Below are positions 24,601 to 36,514 of a stretch of 64,000 nucleotides of DNA, piece by piece. The DNA is from Epiperipatus broadwayi (lineage: Eukaryota > Animalia > Onychophora), in NCBI GenBank assembly GCA_028023455.1, contig JAQFVV010000002.1:33604001-33668000 (forward strand), written 5' to 3'. The first letter of the stretch is position 1. The number at the start of each line of letters is the position of its first letter. The position numbers were made by a program, and so were the translations under genes. Below the pieces are notes generated by a model. The model ran no database searches, was not told the DNA's origin, and was given only the letters and a program-made list of their open reading frames with translations.

Positions 24601-26714
24601 ATAATCTTAAAAAAGAAAAGTAACTATAAATATTTAAAGATTAGAACAGACAACTGAAACATTTTTGGAATGTGATCTGCTTTGATTATATAAAATCTAT
24701 CTTGCATAAATAATTATCATATATATGCATGAATGCATGGAAAGAGAGAGATGGGAATATAGACATCAACATGATCATTTTCAATTATTAGTGTTCACGA
24801 CCACAAGGTCTCTCCAAGTTTAATCCAGTTTCTCAGATTTCTAGACTCCTCTCTTCTCTACATCACACAAGCAAAACATTTATATTTCATCCATCCACCT
24901 CACATGTGGTCTATTTCTAGGTCTTTTAAAATCTCTTGGAATCCCATTTAAGATTTCAACTTTCCATCTTTTATCACTCTTCTAACAAGATGCCCAATCC
25001 AGCTTCTTTCAGTAGTGACAGTAATACCTGTTTATTTCCTCACTCATATATTTCATTCTCAATCCCTTCTTTTTTCCTTAACATGCATCTCTCCATACTT
25101 GATAAGTGATCTGAAGTCTCTGTATTGCTCTTCTGTTTAATGTCCATATCTTAGAATAAAGAAAAAATACATTTATTAAAATTTATTAATATTTATTTCT
25201 ACCAAAAACACCCATCCAAATTTAATTCTATGACTAATTTCATCCATTACATTTCCATCTGTAGTAACAATGTGACCAATGTATTTGTAGTTGCTAACTT
25301 CTTCATTATCAATCTTTATTTTCTTCTTTTGAGAAAATCCATTAAACTTCACCTTATTCTTTTTGGCATTTATCTAGTCCTACTTTTTGATTTTCATTTG
25401 ATAACTCTTGCAACTTTTCCTGAACCTCTGAAACATTATTTTCAAAACACAATTAGTCACCTGCAAAATCTAAGTAACCACTAACCTCCATTTACGTTTA
25501 ATTTCTTAACTTCCCATTTTAATCTGCAAAATACTTCTTTAAAACTGCTGTAAAAGGTTGTGGAAATATGGAGTCCTTCTGCCACACCTATTTCAATGTT
25601 AATCTTCTTAGCATAACTATGAAATTTAATCATGCCTGTTGCATTGTGATAAATATTCTTCAGAATATAACAATATCTTGAAGTTATAGCTTGATGATCT
25701 AATGCTTTAATCACTGAAGAAATGTCTATAAAATAGATGTATTTGATAATCCACAAATCCAAAGCATATTGGCAACTCATATTCATTAGTTCATTTGATA
25801 ATTTCTCTGAATGCTGCTTATTATTTTGGTTGGTTGAGATCCAAAATGTACTACAGATAAATTATAATTACTTTCATAAAAATTTTGTATTCAACTGATA
25901 GCTCTGTGATTTCTGACGTCTTCTTTATCACCTTCTTAAAATATCAATAGTATTACTATATTCTTCCAAATATCTGGTTCATCTTTATCATTTAGATATC
26001 TGGCTTATATTTTTGCCAACAGCTAACGTATTCCCTTGAATTGTTGCATTTCCTGAAGATGCAACAATTGTAGGAAATAATTTCTTATTGTTTGATGCTA
26101 TGTAATTCTTCATATAACTCTTCACACATTTCATCATATCATCTCTCTTTTTAATAATAGTTCCATATTTTTTCTTATTGCAGAAATAAGTTTTCTACCA
26201 ATTCCAAGATATTTTTTACATTGTTGAAACTTTTATTTTCTTCTATAGCTTTCCTTGTTCATTCACAAACATATATTCTTACATCTTTATTAATCATTTA
26301 TTTTGTACCACTTTACAAAGTTCTAGATATTCAGTTCTTTTTAAGTGATCATTTTTTATGTATTTTCATATTTCCTTTCTTATTGTAGTTTCAGTAGAAA
26401 GTTTATAAGTAAATTGCTGTATTTATGAACCAGATGTCTTTGTTGCAGTTCATAATCTTATACTTCCTATTTACATTATTGAAATCTGAAGCAACTTCAA
26501 AATCCATTAATATTTTAAAAGGATTTGTGAATTCTAATTTAAATTCATTGAAATGTTTCTGAAGTTTAAGAATATCAACAATGAATACTTAGTTTTGCAT
26601 TAACACGTATCTTACATCTAACTAATTGATGATCACTTTCTGTGTTCAATTTATTGAGAACATTACAATATCGAAATATATACTTTTTGTTATATATTCC
26701 TGCTTTATCTTCAT

Positions 26715-27420
26715 TTGGATGTATATAAATAAATACACCAAACTTCTTTTTAAAACTTGATCTTTATATGAGTATTATAAAAATATAAGTACACAACAAC
26801 ATTTCGACTATTTTATAATATAGTCTTTTTCAAGGAAACTGAAAATAAAAATATAATACAAAAAAAAAATACTCTTTACCTCAAACCTTTCTATTATAAA
26901 CACTCTCAAAACTTTATCAAATTTTTTTACATTTATATACCCATCCAAAAATACTAAAAACATTTAATTAACAAATCTTATTTTCTTTTTTCTTATCTAT
27001 TTACATAAAGATTTTGAAATAAAATCTTTAAAATGTATAACATAAGAGAATAATAAAGAAATAAATTTACATTAGTGAAATTAAGCCTGAATTGAATAAG
27101 ATGTTAATAGATAAGAAAAAGTAAAATAATAGATTTGTTAATAATGTTTTAGAGTATTTTTGGATGAGTATATAAATATAAAACATTTTGATAAAGTTTT
27201 GAGATTGTTTATAATAGAAATGTTAGAGAAAAAGAGTATTTTTTAATTTTTGGATTTGTTTTGGAATATGTGATATTTATATTTGTATTTTTTAGTGTTC
27301 CTTGAAAAAGACTATATTATAAAATAGTCGAAACATTGGCGTGTAGTTATATTTTTATAATAGTCATATAAAAATCAAGTTTTAAAAAGAAGTTTGGTGC
27401 ATATTTATTTATATATATAT
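26715..27420. mobile_element. Large diverged fold-back with a U3-A8 hammerhead in each arm
   Basis: About 290-bp inverted arms; both contain CCTTGAAAAAGACTATATTATAAAATAGTCGAAA. Confidence 0.8.
27300..27339 (+). ncRNA. Hammerhead motif, U3-A8 (UUGAAAA) variant
   Basis: CC UUGAAAA A GACUAU AUUAUAAA AUAGUC GAAA CA U U GG; the mirror arm has GAAA UG UU, so the consensus is GAAACGUU. Confidence 0.65.
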
Positions 27421-28676
27421 TGAAAGTTATGAACTATTTTTGAAAATAAAACTGTGTAGATGATATTTTAAATTCCTTCATTTGGATGCTTTCATGTCCA
27501 TTTCTGTTTATTATTTGTCTCAAATGAAGAATTCATAATATACAATTTATATTTTTCTGAAAATTCCACAAATCTGTGTTCTCTCTCATTTTAATCACCA
27601 TAACCAAATTTAACCACAGCTCTTTCGTTTTTTAATCATTTACCAATTCTACCATTAAAGTCTTCCATGATAATTTTAAAATGTTGTTTGATCTGATTAC
27701 AAGCCTTTTGTACATTTATGCAAAATTCTTTACTTATTCATCACAGAGTGTTAGATCATAAACCAGAATTATCTGCAGTTGGTATCTTCTATTAAGTTGA
27801 ATAACCGGTTTTGCTATTTTGTCTGATAGTATTAATCTTCTTAATGCTATTTTTCCATTTTTTATTTATAATGAATCAAACTCCATCTGTATTTTAATAT
27901 TTGGTTCTTGTCAACTTTTTAAATCAATTGACTTTTCACCCTTTCTTCAAACTTCACAAAGTTCAACAAAATGCCATTTCATATTAGACAATTCATGCAA
28001 TCTTCCTTCATTATAAAGTGATTTGCAGTTATAATTATCTAAATAAAAAACTGTCATCAAATGACAGCTTAGATCTGCCATCAGGAATTCTTACTACCCT
28101 CCATCTTTGGTGCCCAACTCCTGACTTGGCTGGTGACTTTACAGCTACCTGGAAATAAGGGCTACAATTTATTATTTTCATGATTATAAATATCTATTTT
28201 AAAAAAAGTTCATTCACACAAATATTCATCCTGTCTTCAAAAAAACTCAATAGATATTTCAGTTAAGAACTATCAAGTAATTGAGAAGAAAGAACATGAC
28301 CTTTCTTAATCTAAACTCAGAAAAAAAACAGCCAATAAACTCACCATGCCAGTTGATGCTCATTGGTAAGCAGGATATCCATGTACGTGTACTACATTAA
28401 TACTCATATAGTAATATCAGCAGTAAGAGTGTGTGGAGTGGACCTTAGGAATTTGTTCTGCTCGGTAATGACGAATCAAAGTGTCTTCTTTCATTTTAAT
28501 AGCAAACTTCTTTTTGTAGCAATATGGATACAGATAGAGATTGTTAGTTGTTATTGATATTGTTTATGCGTTTACTGCTTTTCTGTATTTAGATACAGAT
28601 ATTTATTTTGTATTTTTCACATAGTTTTTATTCCCTAAAAGTGTAATATATCTTTATTTTATAAGTTTTAAAAAAA

Positions 28677-28938
28677 TATTCAAACGGAAGTCAATCTCCG
28701 ATAATGCGCTATTTCTTAAATATTATAAATCTCTGCGCACTCTCCTACCTGTAAGAATTTAAAAAACTTAAGTGAATCACTTAAGTTTAGAGTATACATT
28801 CTATATATACCAACTCTTACAGACCATGCTTATATCAGGACTTAAGTTTTTTAAATTCTTACCGGTGGGAAAGTGCGCGCGGAGATTTATAATATTTAAG
28901 AAATAGCGCATTATCGGAGATTGACTTCCGTTTGAATA
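28677..28938. repeat. Young CpG-rich inverted repeat (MITE-like or fold-back)
   Basis: Arms 28677-28773 and 28840-28938; outer ~65 bp essentially identical; both ends are TA. Confidence 0.85.
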
Positions 28939-29058
28939 ATTTCAAAGTTTTCAGCGCTTTATAATAATAAGTTTAAGTTTAAAAAATGTAAAATTATTTA
29001 TTAAAAAATAAGAGCTTGTTATTACGACTTATTTTGGATAACAAAAATATTTTCAATA

Positions 29059-29404
29059 TGCGATATACCCACCTACAGACTTAAGTATAAATACGTAAAA
29101 ACTACATACCTGCTTATGGATTACTCTGTTAAATAAATATAAAGAGAGCGCTGCTATCGTTTATCCAGACCAGACATGATAGATCGATAAGCATGGATAT
29201 AAATAGCATGGTAGAACGATCTACACTCTCTTGTGTCCAGGTTCACGTGTGTAAAAGTAGTCAACGCCTTGGAAGGATATCTAGTCTCCAAGAAGAACCC
29301 ATCCTCTAATTGTAAGAGTGATAATTTGCTATCTGTGAAAACCCTGGATTATTATTATGCTTGCTGACTGGTTCTCTCTCATAGAGTAACCCTCAGACAT
29401 AGCA
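29059..29404 (+). repeat. 5' LTR
   Basis: TGCGAT...ATAGCA; identical to the 3' LTR except one T/A. Confidence 0.97.
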
Positions 29405-29407
29405 GAG

Positions 29408-29425
29408 TGGCGCAGTCGTCAGGAT
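29408..29425 (+). promoter_or_regulatory. Primer-binding site, tRNA-Ser-like
   Basis: TGGCGCAGTCGTCAGGAT is complementary, with about two mismatches, to the 3' end of insect-type tRNA-Ser (...AUCCUACCGACUGCGCCA). Confidence 0.8.
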
Positions 29426-29460
29426 AGAACCGTAAGTTAAGCGACGCACAAGAAAAAAAA

Positions 29461-32277
29461 ATGGCGGCAGGTACGGCAATACGTGAGTTCGATGTAAATA
29501 ACAGCGACTCCTGGAAAACTTACATAGCACAAGTGGAATATTATTTCTTCATAAACAAAATCGAAGAGGACCGCTATAAAATTGCTACTCTTTTATATTT
29601 CGCGGGTCAAGACATGATCCAATTGGCAAATAGGCTTACCGATCCAAAGCGTCCGGAAGACCTACCTTACCAGGAGTTCATAGAGAGACTAAATGCATAT
29701 TTCGTACCGAAGACATCAAAGTGGATAGCGCGTCTGAGATTAAGAAGCAGAACGCAATTACCGCAGGAAAAATATGTGGATTACGACCTCGCATTGAGAA
29801 AATTAGCGAAGGATTGTGAATTCGGACAAGAAATAAATGACTCTCTGTTAGAACAATTCCTATACGGCATGTCAGATGATAAATTTAGGAAAGTGCTTTT
29901 GAGTGATTCCGATTTAAATTACAAAACGGCCATGGAAAAATGCGTTGCACAGGAGGCCATGTTAAATATGGCATCAGAGTACACTACGGCAAAAATCCCA
30001 GAAAAAATAGCCTTCAGTATAGAAAGGGAAAGAAATAATATCGCGACCTCCAGTGGCTACAGTAAGAAACAAACATGTAATTGCTGTGGAAAAATAGGAC
30101 ACTTGAAAAATAATTGCAGATATAAAGACAAAGTTTGCAGGATGTGTAACACTAGAGGGCACTTAGCAGCTGTGTGTCATTCCAGAGACGGCGAATATCC
30201 GAGAAAAAAATCAGATTACAAGCCCCGGAGTGAGGTGGAACGTGAAGTATCTATCAAGGCCATTAGAAATGACGACACCAAATTGGATAACATTCGGGTA
30301 GAATTGCAAATTTGCAATAAACGGATGACAATGGAAGTGGACAGCGGTGCCGGCTTGTCAATTATATCACATAAAGACTGGATGGAAATAAAAAAAGACT
30401 GGGATAATAACTTAAAGCTACGGAAAGCAGATGTGTTTGTCACGGATATAAACGGAAATAGAATAAATATTCAAGGGAAAGCTACTGTGCCAGTGACGTT
30501 GAATAAAAGACATAAGTTCCTAGAATTATATATAGTAAAAAATAATATTAGCCCGTTACTCGGCAGAAATTGGTTCGCGGCTTTGGGAATACGTGTGGAA
30601 ATATTAAAAAAGGTCCGTATAGAAACTACCATAAAAGAACGATACCCGGAATTGTTTAGGCCTGGAGTGTCGGAATTTAGAACTAGACCAGTGGATATTG
30701 AACTAGTGAAAGACGCAAAAGGAATTATATGTAAACCTCGAAAAGTGCCGTTTGCGATAAGAGAAAAAGTAGAGAAAGAATTAAATGATCTTGTAGCTAA
30801 AGGAGTTCTCACACCTACGGAAGAGTCGTCGTGGGCGACCCCGATAGTGACGATTGTGAAACCAGAGGGTAGTTTACGGTTATGTGGAGATTATCATCTC
30901 ACAATAAATAAATATATAAATAAGGGAGCTTATCCCGTTCCAAATGTGCGAGAAGTATTGGCAGTATTACAGAAGGCAAAATATTTTGCAAAAATAGATC
31001 TGAAAACAGCATTTCATCAGATTCCTGTAACTAAGGAGACGGCAGAGCTACTCACGTTAACCACGCACAAAGGCTTATATAAGTGCAATAAATTACCGTA
31101 TGGAATAACGATCGCACCAAACGTGTTTCAAGCAAAAATGGATATGCTTTTTAGAGCAATGGACGGGGTAATCCCGTACTTGGACGATATTCTCGTCGTT
31201 GGCGAGACAGAAAACGAGCTTGAAAAGCGTGTGGATCAGGTTTGTTCGAAGTTAGACCAAGCTAAAGCGAAATTAAACGTAGGAAAGTGTATATGGTCTG
31301 CGAAGGAAATTAAATTTCTCGGACACATCGTAACTGAAAAAGGACGCCGCCCAGACCCAGAAAAGGTAAAAGCCATAAAAAATGCCAGAAAACCCCAAAG
31401 CGTGAAGGAACTTCAAGCATTTTTAGGACTGCTAAATTTCTACGAAAGTTTTTTAGCTGGGAAATCACATGTGCTATCACCGCTATACATGTTGTTAAAG
31501 AAAAAACAACGTTGGATATGGAGCACAGAACAAAATAAAGCTTTTGAAACTGCAAAAGACTTGCTGACATCGGAAAGTTTGTTAGTGCATTATCGGAATG
31601 ACTGGGAATTATGTATTACTGCAGACGCATCGGAATACGGCGTCGGAGCTGTCCTCTCTCATCCATGTTATGAAGGTGAACGTCCTATTGCGTTTGCTTC
31701 GAGAGTACTAACACCAGCTGAGAAAAATTACAGTCAAGTGGATAAGGAAGCTTTAGCAGTGATTTTCGCGGTAAAGAAGTTCCACCAATATGCATACGGA
31801 CGGAAATTCACGATCTATACCGATCATCGCCCTCTAACGGGAATTTTCGGCTGTGTAAAAAATGTTTATGAATCGTCAAGCCCACGTATGTTACGATGGA
31901 TAGATATATTGTCGCATTATGATTTCACGTTAATTTACAAACCCGGAAAAAAGATCAGTCATGCGGATGCTTTGTCCAGATTGCCAGATGTAAAGGAAAT
32001 TACTTATGAAATAAAGGAAATAAACTACATTGACGCTCTAAATCCAGAAGGGATAAATAGCAACGTCATAGCACACTGGACTAGGAATGATAAAGGATAC
32101 ATGAAATTGATAAATTGGATAAGAAAAGGTTGGCCATCTAGATGCCCCAGTGAATTAAGTCATAGCATCTGGATTGCCAGAGAAGGACTGTCTGTGTGCA
32201 ACGGATGCATATTAAATAATGATCGTGTTTTAGTGCCTACTAATGGCAGAAAAAAAAATCTTAAGCTTATTGCATAA
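29461..32277 (+). CDS. gag-pol: Gag-protease-RT-RNase H polyprotein (part 1)
   Basis: Double CCHC knuckle (CNCCGKIGHLKNNC...CRMCNTRGHLAAVC), DSG protease, LCGDY / DLKTAF / YLDD RT motifs, DAS..GVGAVL RNase H. Confidence 0.95.
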   Translation: MAAGTAIREFDVNNSDSWKTYIAQVEYYFFINKIEEDRYKIATLLYFAGQDMIQLANRLTDPKRPEDLPYQEFIERLNAYFVPKTSKWIARLRLRSRTQLPQEKYVDYDLALRKLAKDCEFGQEINDSLLEQFLYGMSDDKFRKVLLSDSDLNYKTAMEKCVAQEAMLNMASEYTTAKIPEKIAFSIERERNNIATSSGYSKKQTCNCCGKIGHLKNNCRYKDKVCRMCNTRGHLAAVCHSRDGEYPRKKSDYKPRSEVEREVSIKAIRNDDTKLDNIRVELQICNKRMTMEVDSGAGLSIISHKDWMEIKKDWDNNLKLRKADVFVTDINGNRINIQGKATVPVTLNKRHKFLELYIVKNNISPLLGRNWFAALGIRVEILKKVRIETTIKERYPELFRPGVSEFRTRPVDIELVKDAKGIICKPRKVPFAIREKVEKELNDLVAKGVLTPTEESSWATPIVTIVKPEGSLRLCGDYHLTINKYINKGAYPVPNVREVLAVLQKAKYFAKIDLKTAFHQIPVTKETAELLTLTTHKGLYKCNKLPYGITIAPNVFQAKMDMLFRAMDGVIPYLDDILVVGETENELEKRVDQVCSKLDQAKAKLNVGKCIWSAKEIKFLGHIVTEKGRRPDPEKVKAIKNARKPQSVKELQAFLGLLNFYESFLAGKSHVLSPLYMLLKKKQRWIWSTEQNKAFETAKDLLTSESLLVHYRNDWELCITADASEYGVGAVLSHPCYEGERPIAFASRVLTPAEKNYSQVDKEALAVIFAVKKFHQYAYGRKFTIYTDHRPLTGIFGCVKNVYESSSPRMLRWIDILSHYDFTLIYKPGKKISHADALSRLPDVKEITYEIKEINYIDALNPEGINSNVIAHWTRNDKGYMKLINWIRKGWPSRCPSELSHSIWIAREGLSVCNGCILNNDRVLVPTNGRKKNLKLIA

Positions 32278-33343
32278 AGGACACCCTGGAATAGTGCGTA
32301 TGAAAGCTCTGGCTAGATCATATGTATGGTGGCCAAACTTGACAAAGGATATTGAGAACACGCTGAAAGAATGTGTAAACTGCCAACAGATAACTAAACT
32401 GCCTCCGAAGAAATTTGAAACTTGGGAAGCACCTTCTGCCCCATGGTCGCGAATTCATCTGGACCATGTTGGACCATTGAACGGATATATTATATTGTTA
32501 TTAGTTGACGCGTATTCACGTTGGACTGAATACAGAGTGGTTAAAGATACCAGTGCTGAGTGCACCATCCGGGTGTTAAATGAAGTGTTTGCTACCCACG
32601 GTTATCCGGAAAATGTTGTGACAGATAACGGTGCAGGATTTACGTCAACAAAATTTAAAGATTTTCTGAGGGACAGAGGAATAGAACATACTCTCACACC
32701 ACCATACCACCCTCAGAGCAATGGTATAGCTGAGCAAGGAGTGCAACACCTAAAGTACACCATAAAAAAATTACAATTAAAGAACATGTCGGATGCGTTA
32801 GTGCAAGCAATGTATACACAGCATTTCACACCGAGTACTTCAACAGGAAAAACCCCAGCAGAGTTATTAATGGGTCGGAAGTGCCGGACACATCTATCAC
32901 AACTTTTGCCTGGAAACCACAAGAGTAGAGTTTTCTCAACGGATAAGTTTCTACCCGGTGAAGACGTTTGGATTTATGACGTGTTGAAGAGTAAATGGAT
33001 CCCGGGAACTGTAAAACAGCTACTGTCAAAACAAATTCGTCTGGTGGAGTTACAAAATAAAAAATCATTTAGAAAACACATAAACCACCTTCGCCACCGT
33101 CGAGAGGACCCTGCATCAGAGGACGAGAGTGAAATGCCATTGGATACAAATATAGAAATGCCGTTGGATACAAAGATAGAAACGGAACGTGGAGATGAAA
33201 CCGATCTGGAAATGGTATTGAATAAGGATACTTCAAAAGATGAAGAGTTGGAGGATGTACCGTGTGACCCAGTGCAAGAAGGGTTAAAAACACAAAGAGC
33301 ACGTCGTTTACCTGTTAAGTTTAAAGACTACGTTTGTAGTTAA
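32243..33343 (+). CDS. pol: Integrase (frameshifted continuation of pol)
   Basis: HHCC zinc motif (LHKGHPG...CVNC) and D,D(35)E core (HLDHVG, VTDNG, NGIAE); joins ORF1 if the A9 run at 32250-32258 were A8. Confidence 0.93.
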   Translation: MAEKKILSLLHKGHPGIVRMKALARSYVWWPNLTKDIENTLKECVNCQQITKLPPKKFETWEAPSAPWSRIHLDHVGPLNGYIILLLVDAYSRWTEYRVVKDTSAECTIRVLNEVFATHGYPENVVTDNGAGFTSTKFKDFLRDRGIEHTLTPPYHPQSNGIAEQGVQHLKYTIKKLQLKNMSDALVQAMYTQHFTPSTSTGKTPAELLMGRKCRTHLSQLLPGNHKSRVFSTDKFLPGEDVWIYDVLKSKWIPGTVKQLLSKQIRLVELQNKKSFRKHINHLRHRREDPASEDESEMPLDTNIEMPLDTKIETERGDETDLEMVLNKDTSKDEELEDVPCDPVQEGLKTQRARRLPVKFKDYVCS

Positions 33344-33358
33344 GCTCCATTTATTTCC

Positions 33359-33374
33359 AGAGTAGGGGGAGGAG
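33359..33374 (+). promoter_or_regulatory. Polypurine tract
   Basis: AGAGTAGGGGGAGGAG immediately before the 3' LTR. Confidence 0.85.
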
Positions 33375-33720
33375 TGCGATATACCCACCTACAGACTTAA
33401 GTATAAATACGTAAAAACTACATACCTGCTTATGGATTACTCTGTTAAATAAATATAAAGAGAGCGCTGCTATCGTTTATCCAGACCAGACATGATAGAT
33501 CGATAAGCATGGATATAAATAGCATGGTAGAACGATCTACACTCTCTTGTGTCCAGGTTCACGTGTGTAAAAGTAGTCAACGCCTTGGAAGGATATCTAG
33601 TCTCCAAGAAGAACCCATCCTCTAATTGTAAGAGTGATAATTTGCTATCTGTGAAAACCCTGGATTATTATTATGCTTGCTGACTGGATCTCTCTCATAG
33701 AGTAACCCTCAGACATAGCA
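33375..33720 (+). repeat. 3' LTR
   Basis: 346 bp, matches the 5' LTR. Confidence 0.97.
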
Positions 33721-34190
33721 CAATAATTTATCAATCAGATAAGTTTTTAGAAAAAAACAACAAATGCTTTTTTTAAAAAAAATTTTTTTTTTAAAGTATT
33801 GTTATTAAAGTGTTATTTTTTTTTAACGTTATATACTATCTAGAAATACGACTGCAAATAGGAAATACATTTAATTTTTTTAATATCTATATTAATTTTT
33901 ATTAGAATATCTTCTTTTATTTCAATAATTTAATCTTCATTTTTCCAATCGCAATGGAAAATTTTTTTAAAAGTGAAGATGCAAAAGCAGATGTTTAAAT
34001 ATATATCTTCAGTTTTGAATAAGAAAAAATAAACATTTAAACAATTTCTTATTAGTGGTGGCCTTGAAATCATTCATCTATTAGGAAATAGTTCATTATA
34101 GACATTAATAATTAAGTTTGTACTAATATAGTCCAAAGATGAATATTAAAAGTCATTTTTGTAATAAAGACAAGACATTTACATCTTTAT

Positions 34191-34565
34191 AAGAGCAATA
34201 CAGAGACTTCATTCCACTCAATGAAGTATGGAGATATGTATATTAGGAGGAACAAGAAGAGATCGAAAACGAAATACATGAATGAGAGAACAAACGAGTG
34301 TTACTGACATCATTGAGAGACTGAAGTAGAATTGGGTTGGACATATTTCCAGAAGAAGTGATAATAGATGGATAGTTGAAATCTTAAACTGGATTCCAGA
34401 GTTGTAAAAGACGTAAAAAGAAAACAAATGTGAGATGGATGAATGAAATAAGAAAGCGTGCTGGTGTGATGTGGAGAAGAGAGGCTAGAGATCGGAGAGA
34501 TGGTTTGAACTTGGAAGGACCTTCATCCTGCAGTGTATCGATAATGGTTGGAAATAATGATAATA
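34191..34565 (+). mobile_element. RTE LINE 3' end fragment
   Basis: Homologous to the 3' end of 35698-36514 (WVGHISRR.DNRW...; ccttcatcctgcagtg). Confidence 0.85.
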
Positions 34566-34949
34566 AAGAATTAATAAGCATTCATTTAAAATAATAATGG
34601 AAATTATACTAGCATGTATTAATCATTCAACTACTTCGGAAAAATAATTAAATATACTTTTTGGTAATGTTAAAAAGCTTCATGTTAAAAGATAAAAGCA
34701 ATTTTTTTTTATTGTTGTCATTTATATTATTTATTATAAACTGCCCTGTTCTTACATTTCCATCTTTAGGATCTGAGTTATAATACAAATGCATAGTTGA
34801 AGAATCGTGTGATTTAAGGTTTGCATTAGAATTTAAAAAAATAAATCATAGTTTCTTATAAACAATATTTATGATTAAACATTGTTTTATATATAAATGA
34901 TGTAATATTAAAGCAATAATACTACTTGCCTACTTAGCTACTTTTCTCT

Positions 34950-35260
34950 TTCCCTTCCTATCTATATATCTATTTGCTTACCTATTTTACTTTATTTATA
35001 TAGCTATCTGCCTGTCTATTTATCTATCTGTATATCTGTCTATTTGTCGATCCATTTATCCAATCATATCTATTTATTTATCTATTTATCTATCTTCCTA
35101 CCTATTGTCTGTCTGTGCATTCATATATATATTCCTCAATTGCCCATTTACTGATGTAACCTATTTGCCCATCTATCTATCTCCGTGTCTATTTATCTGC
35201 CTTATGTCTATCTGTATGTTAGTGCTTATGTCTATTTATCTATCTACCTACTTATTTTTC
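34950..35260. repeat. Degenerate (TCTA)n low-complexity tract
   Basis: Repeated tatc/tcta units. Confidence 0.7.
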
Positions 35261-35697
35261 TATATGTTGTTTTTTATTTAGTATACTATTGATCTATCTT
35301 GGAATTTCAAATATAGGATATATCAAGTAAAATCTTCATAGCAAATTTATATACTATAAACTCTCGTTTTTCTTAATGACAATTTTATTCAAAAATGTAT
35401 AACCACTTACCAATGCTATTAAACTTTCTTCCACTGCAATATGAGTTTCACTATCAAGTGTTAAATCGACTCTAAATCTTGTCAGAAGTTTAAATACTTA
35501 TGCCTTTCTAACACAGGCTATCATGAATTCATTCATATCAAGGAAATTTTACACATACTATATACATAATTGTTTTTTAAAAAATCGAATACTTAATTTT
35601 ATTAATGTTCTATCTTCTCCTTTGTCATCATTACTAATATAAATATTCCAAACTATTTCCATCACTTAAACAAAAAATCTGCCAGGCATTACGATTT

Positions 35698-36514
35698 CAT
35701 CATCATCATCATCAACAACCATTATCAATCCACTGCAGGATGAAGGTATCTCCAAGTTTAATCCATCTTCTCTGATCTTTAGCTTCTCTTCTCCACATCA
35801 CCCCTGCACACTTTCTTATTTCATCCATCCATCTCAAATGTGGTCCCTTTCTGGGTCTTTTACAATCTCTTGGAATCCAGTTTAAAATTTCAATTGTCCA
35901 TCTATTATCTCTCTTCTAGCAATTTGTCCAGCCCAACTCCACTTCAATCTTTTAATTTTTTCAATGAGGTCAGTAACACCTGTTTGTTCTCTTACCCATA
36001 CATTGTGTTTTTGATCTCTTCTTGTTACTCCCAACATACATCTCTCCATAGTTCTTTGAGTGGTCTGAAGTCTCTGTATTGCTCTTCTATTAAGTGTCCA
36101 AGTCTCAGATCCATAAATAAGAACCGGTAAAACACATTTGTTAAATACCATTCTTTTCAAACACATAGGCATATTTCCTTTTAATATCAAGTTATTTCTA
36201 CCAAAAGCACTCCAACCAAGTTTAATTCTATGATTAATTTCCTCCATTATGTTTCCATCTGTATTAATAATCTGACCTAGGTATTTGTAACTGTTAACTT
36301 CTTCTAATTCTTCATAATCAATCTTTATTTTCATATTTTGAGCAAATCGATTAAACATTACTTTAGTCTTTTTAACATTTATCTTTAGTCCTACTTTTCT
36401 ACTTTCATCTGCTAACTCCTGCAACATTTCCTGCAGCTCTGAAGCATTATTTGCAAAAACAACTACATCATCTGCGAAATCTAAATGACTTAAATAATCT
36501 CCATTTACTTTCAT
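35698..36514 (-). mobile_element. 5'-truncated RTE LINE with (TGA)n tail
   Basis: ORF 35882-36514 has FADD, YKYLG and YGSETW motifs, a frameshift near the end, and a (CAT)n tail on the plus strand at 35698-35713. Confidence 0.93.
35882..36514 (-). CDS. RTE reverse transcriptase C-terminal part
   Basis: LDFADDVVV, KTKVM, YKYLGQII, LPVLIYGSETW, KWSWAGQIARR. Confidence 0.88.
   Translation of the reverse strand: MKVNGDYLSHLDFADDVVVFANNASELQEMLQELADESRKVGLKINVKKTKVMFNRFAQNMKIKIDYEELEEVNSYKYLGQIINTDGNIMEEINHRIKLGWSAFGRNNLILKGNMPMCLKRMVFNKCVLPVLIYGSETWTLNRRAIQRLQTTQRTMERCMLGVTRRDQKHNVWVREQTGVTDLIEKIKRLKWSWAGQIARREIIDGQLKF

Larger units (their letters stand above)
24765..28150 (-). mobile_element. 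Near-full-length degraded RTE LINE (APE + RT), interrupted by a fold-back
   Basis: APE motifs (YNCKSL..EGRLHEL; IMEDFNGRIG; KWT) at 27450-28050, RT remnants at 25100-25790, and a 3' end like that of the 35698-36514 copy. Confidence 0.75.
29059..33720 (+). mobile_element. Full-length Ty3/Gypsy (Mag-type) LTR retrotransposon
   Basis: Two 346-bp LTRs, 5-bp TSD CAATA (29054-29058, 33721-33725), PBS, PPT and gag-PR-RT-RH-IN domain order. Confidence 0.97.

Noticed and set aside
28330-28560. Minus frame YPYCYKKKF...LIRHYR resembling a C2H2 zinc finger
   Set aside because: The first Cys and last His are missing and there are in-frame stops; too weak to call.
29974-33302. Minus-strand ORFs overlapping gag-pol
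   Set aside because: Antisense shadows of a long coding region, with no motifs.
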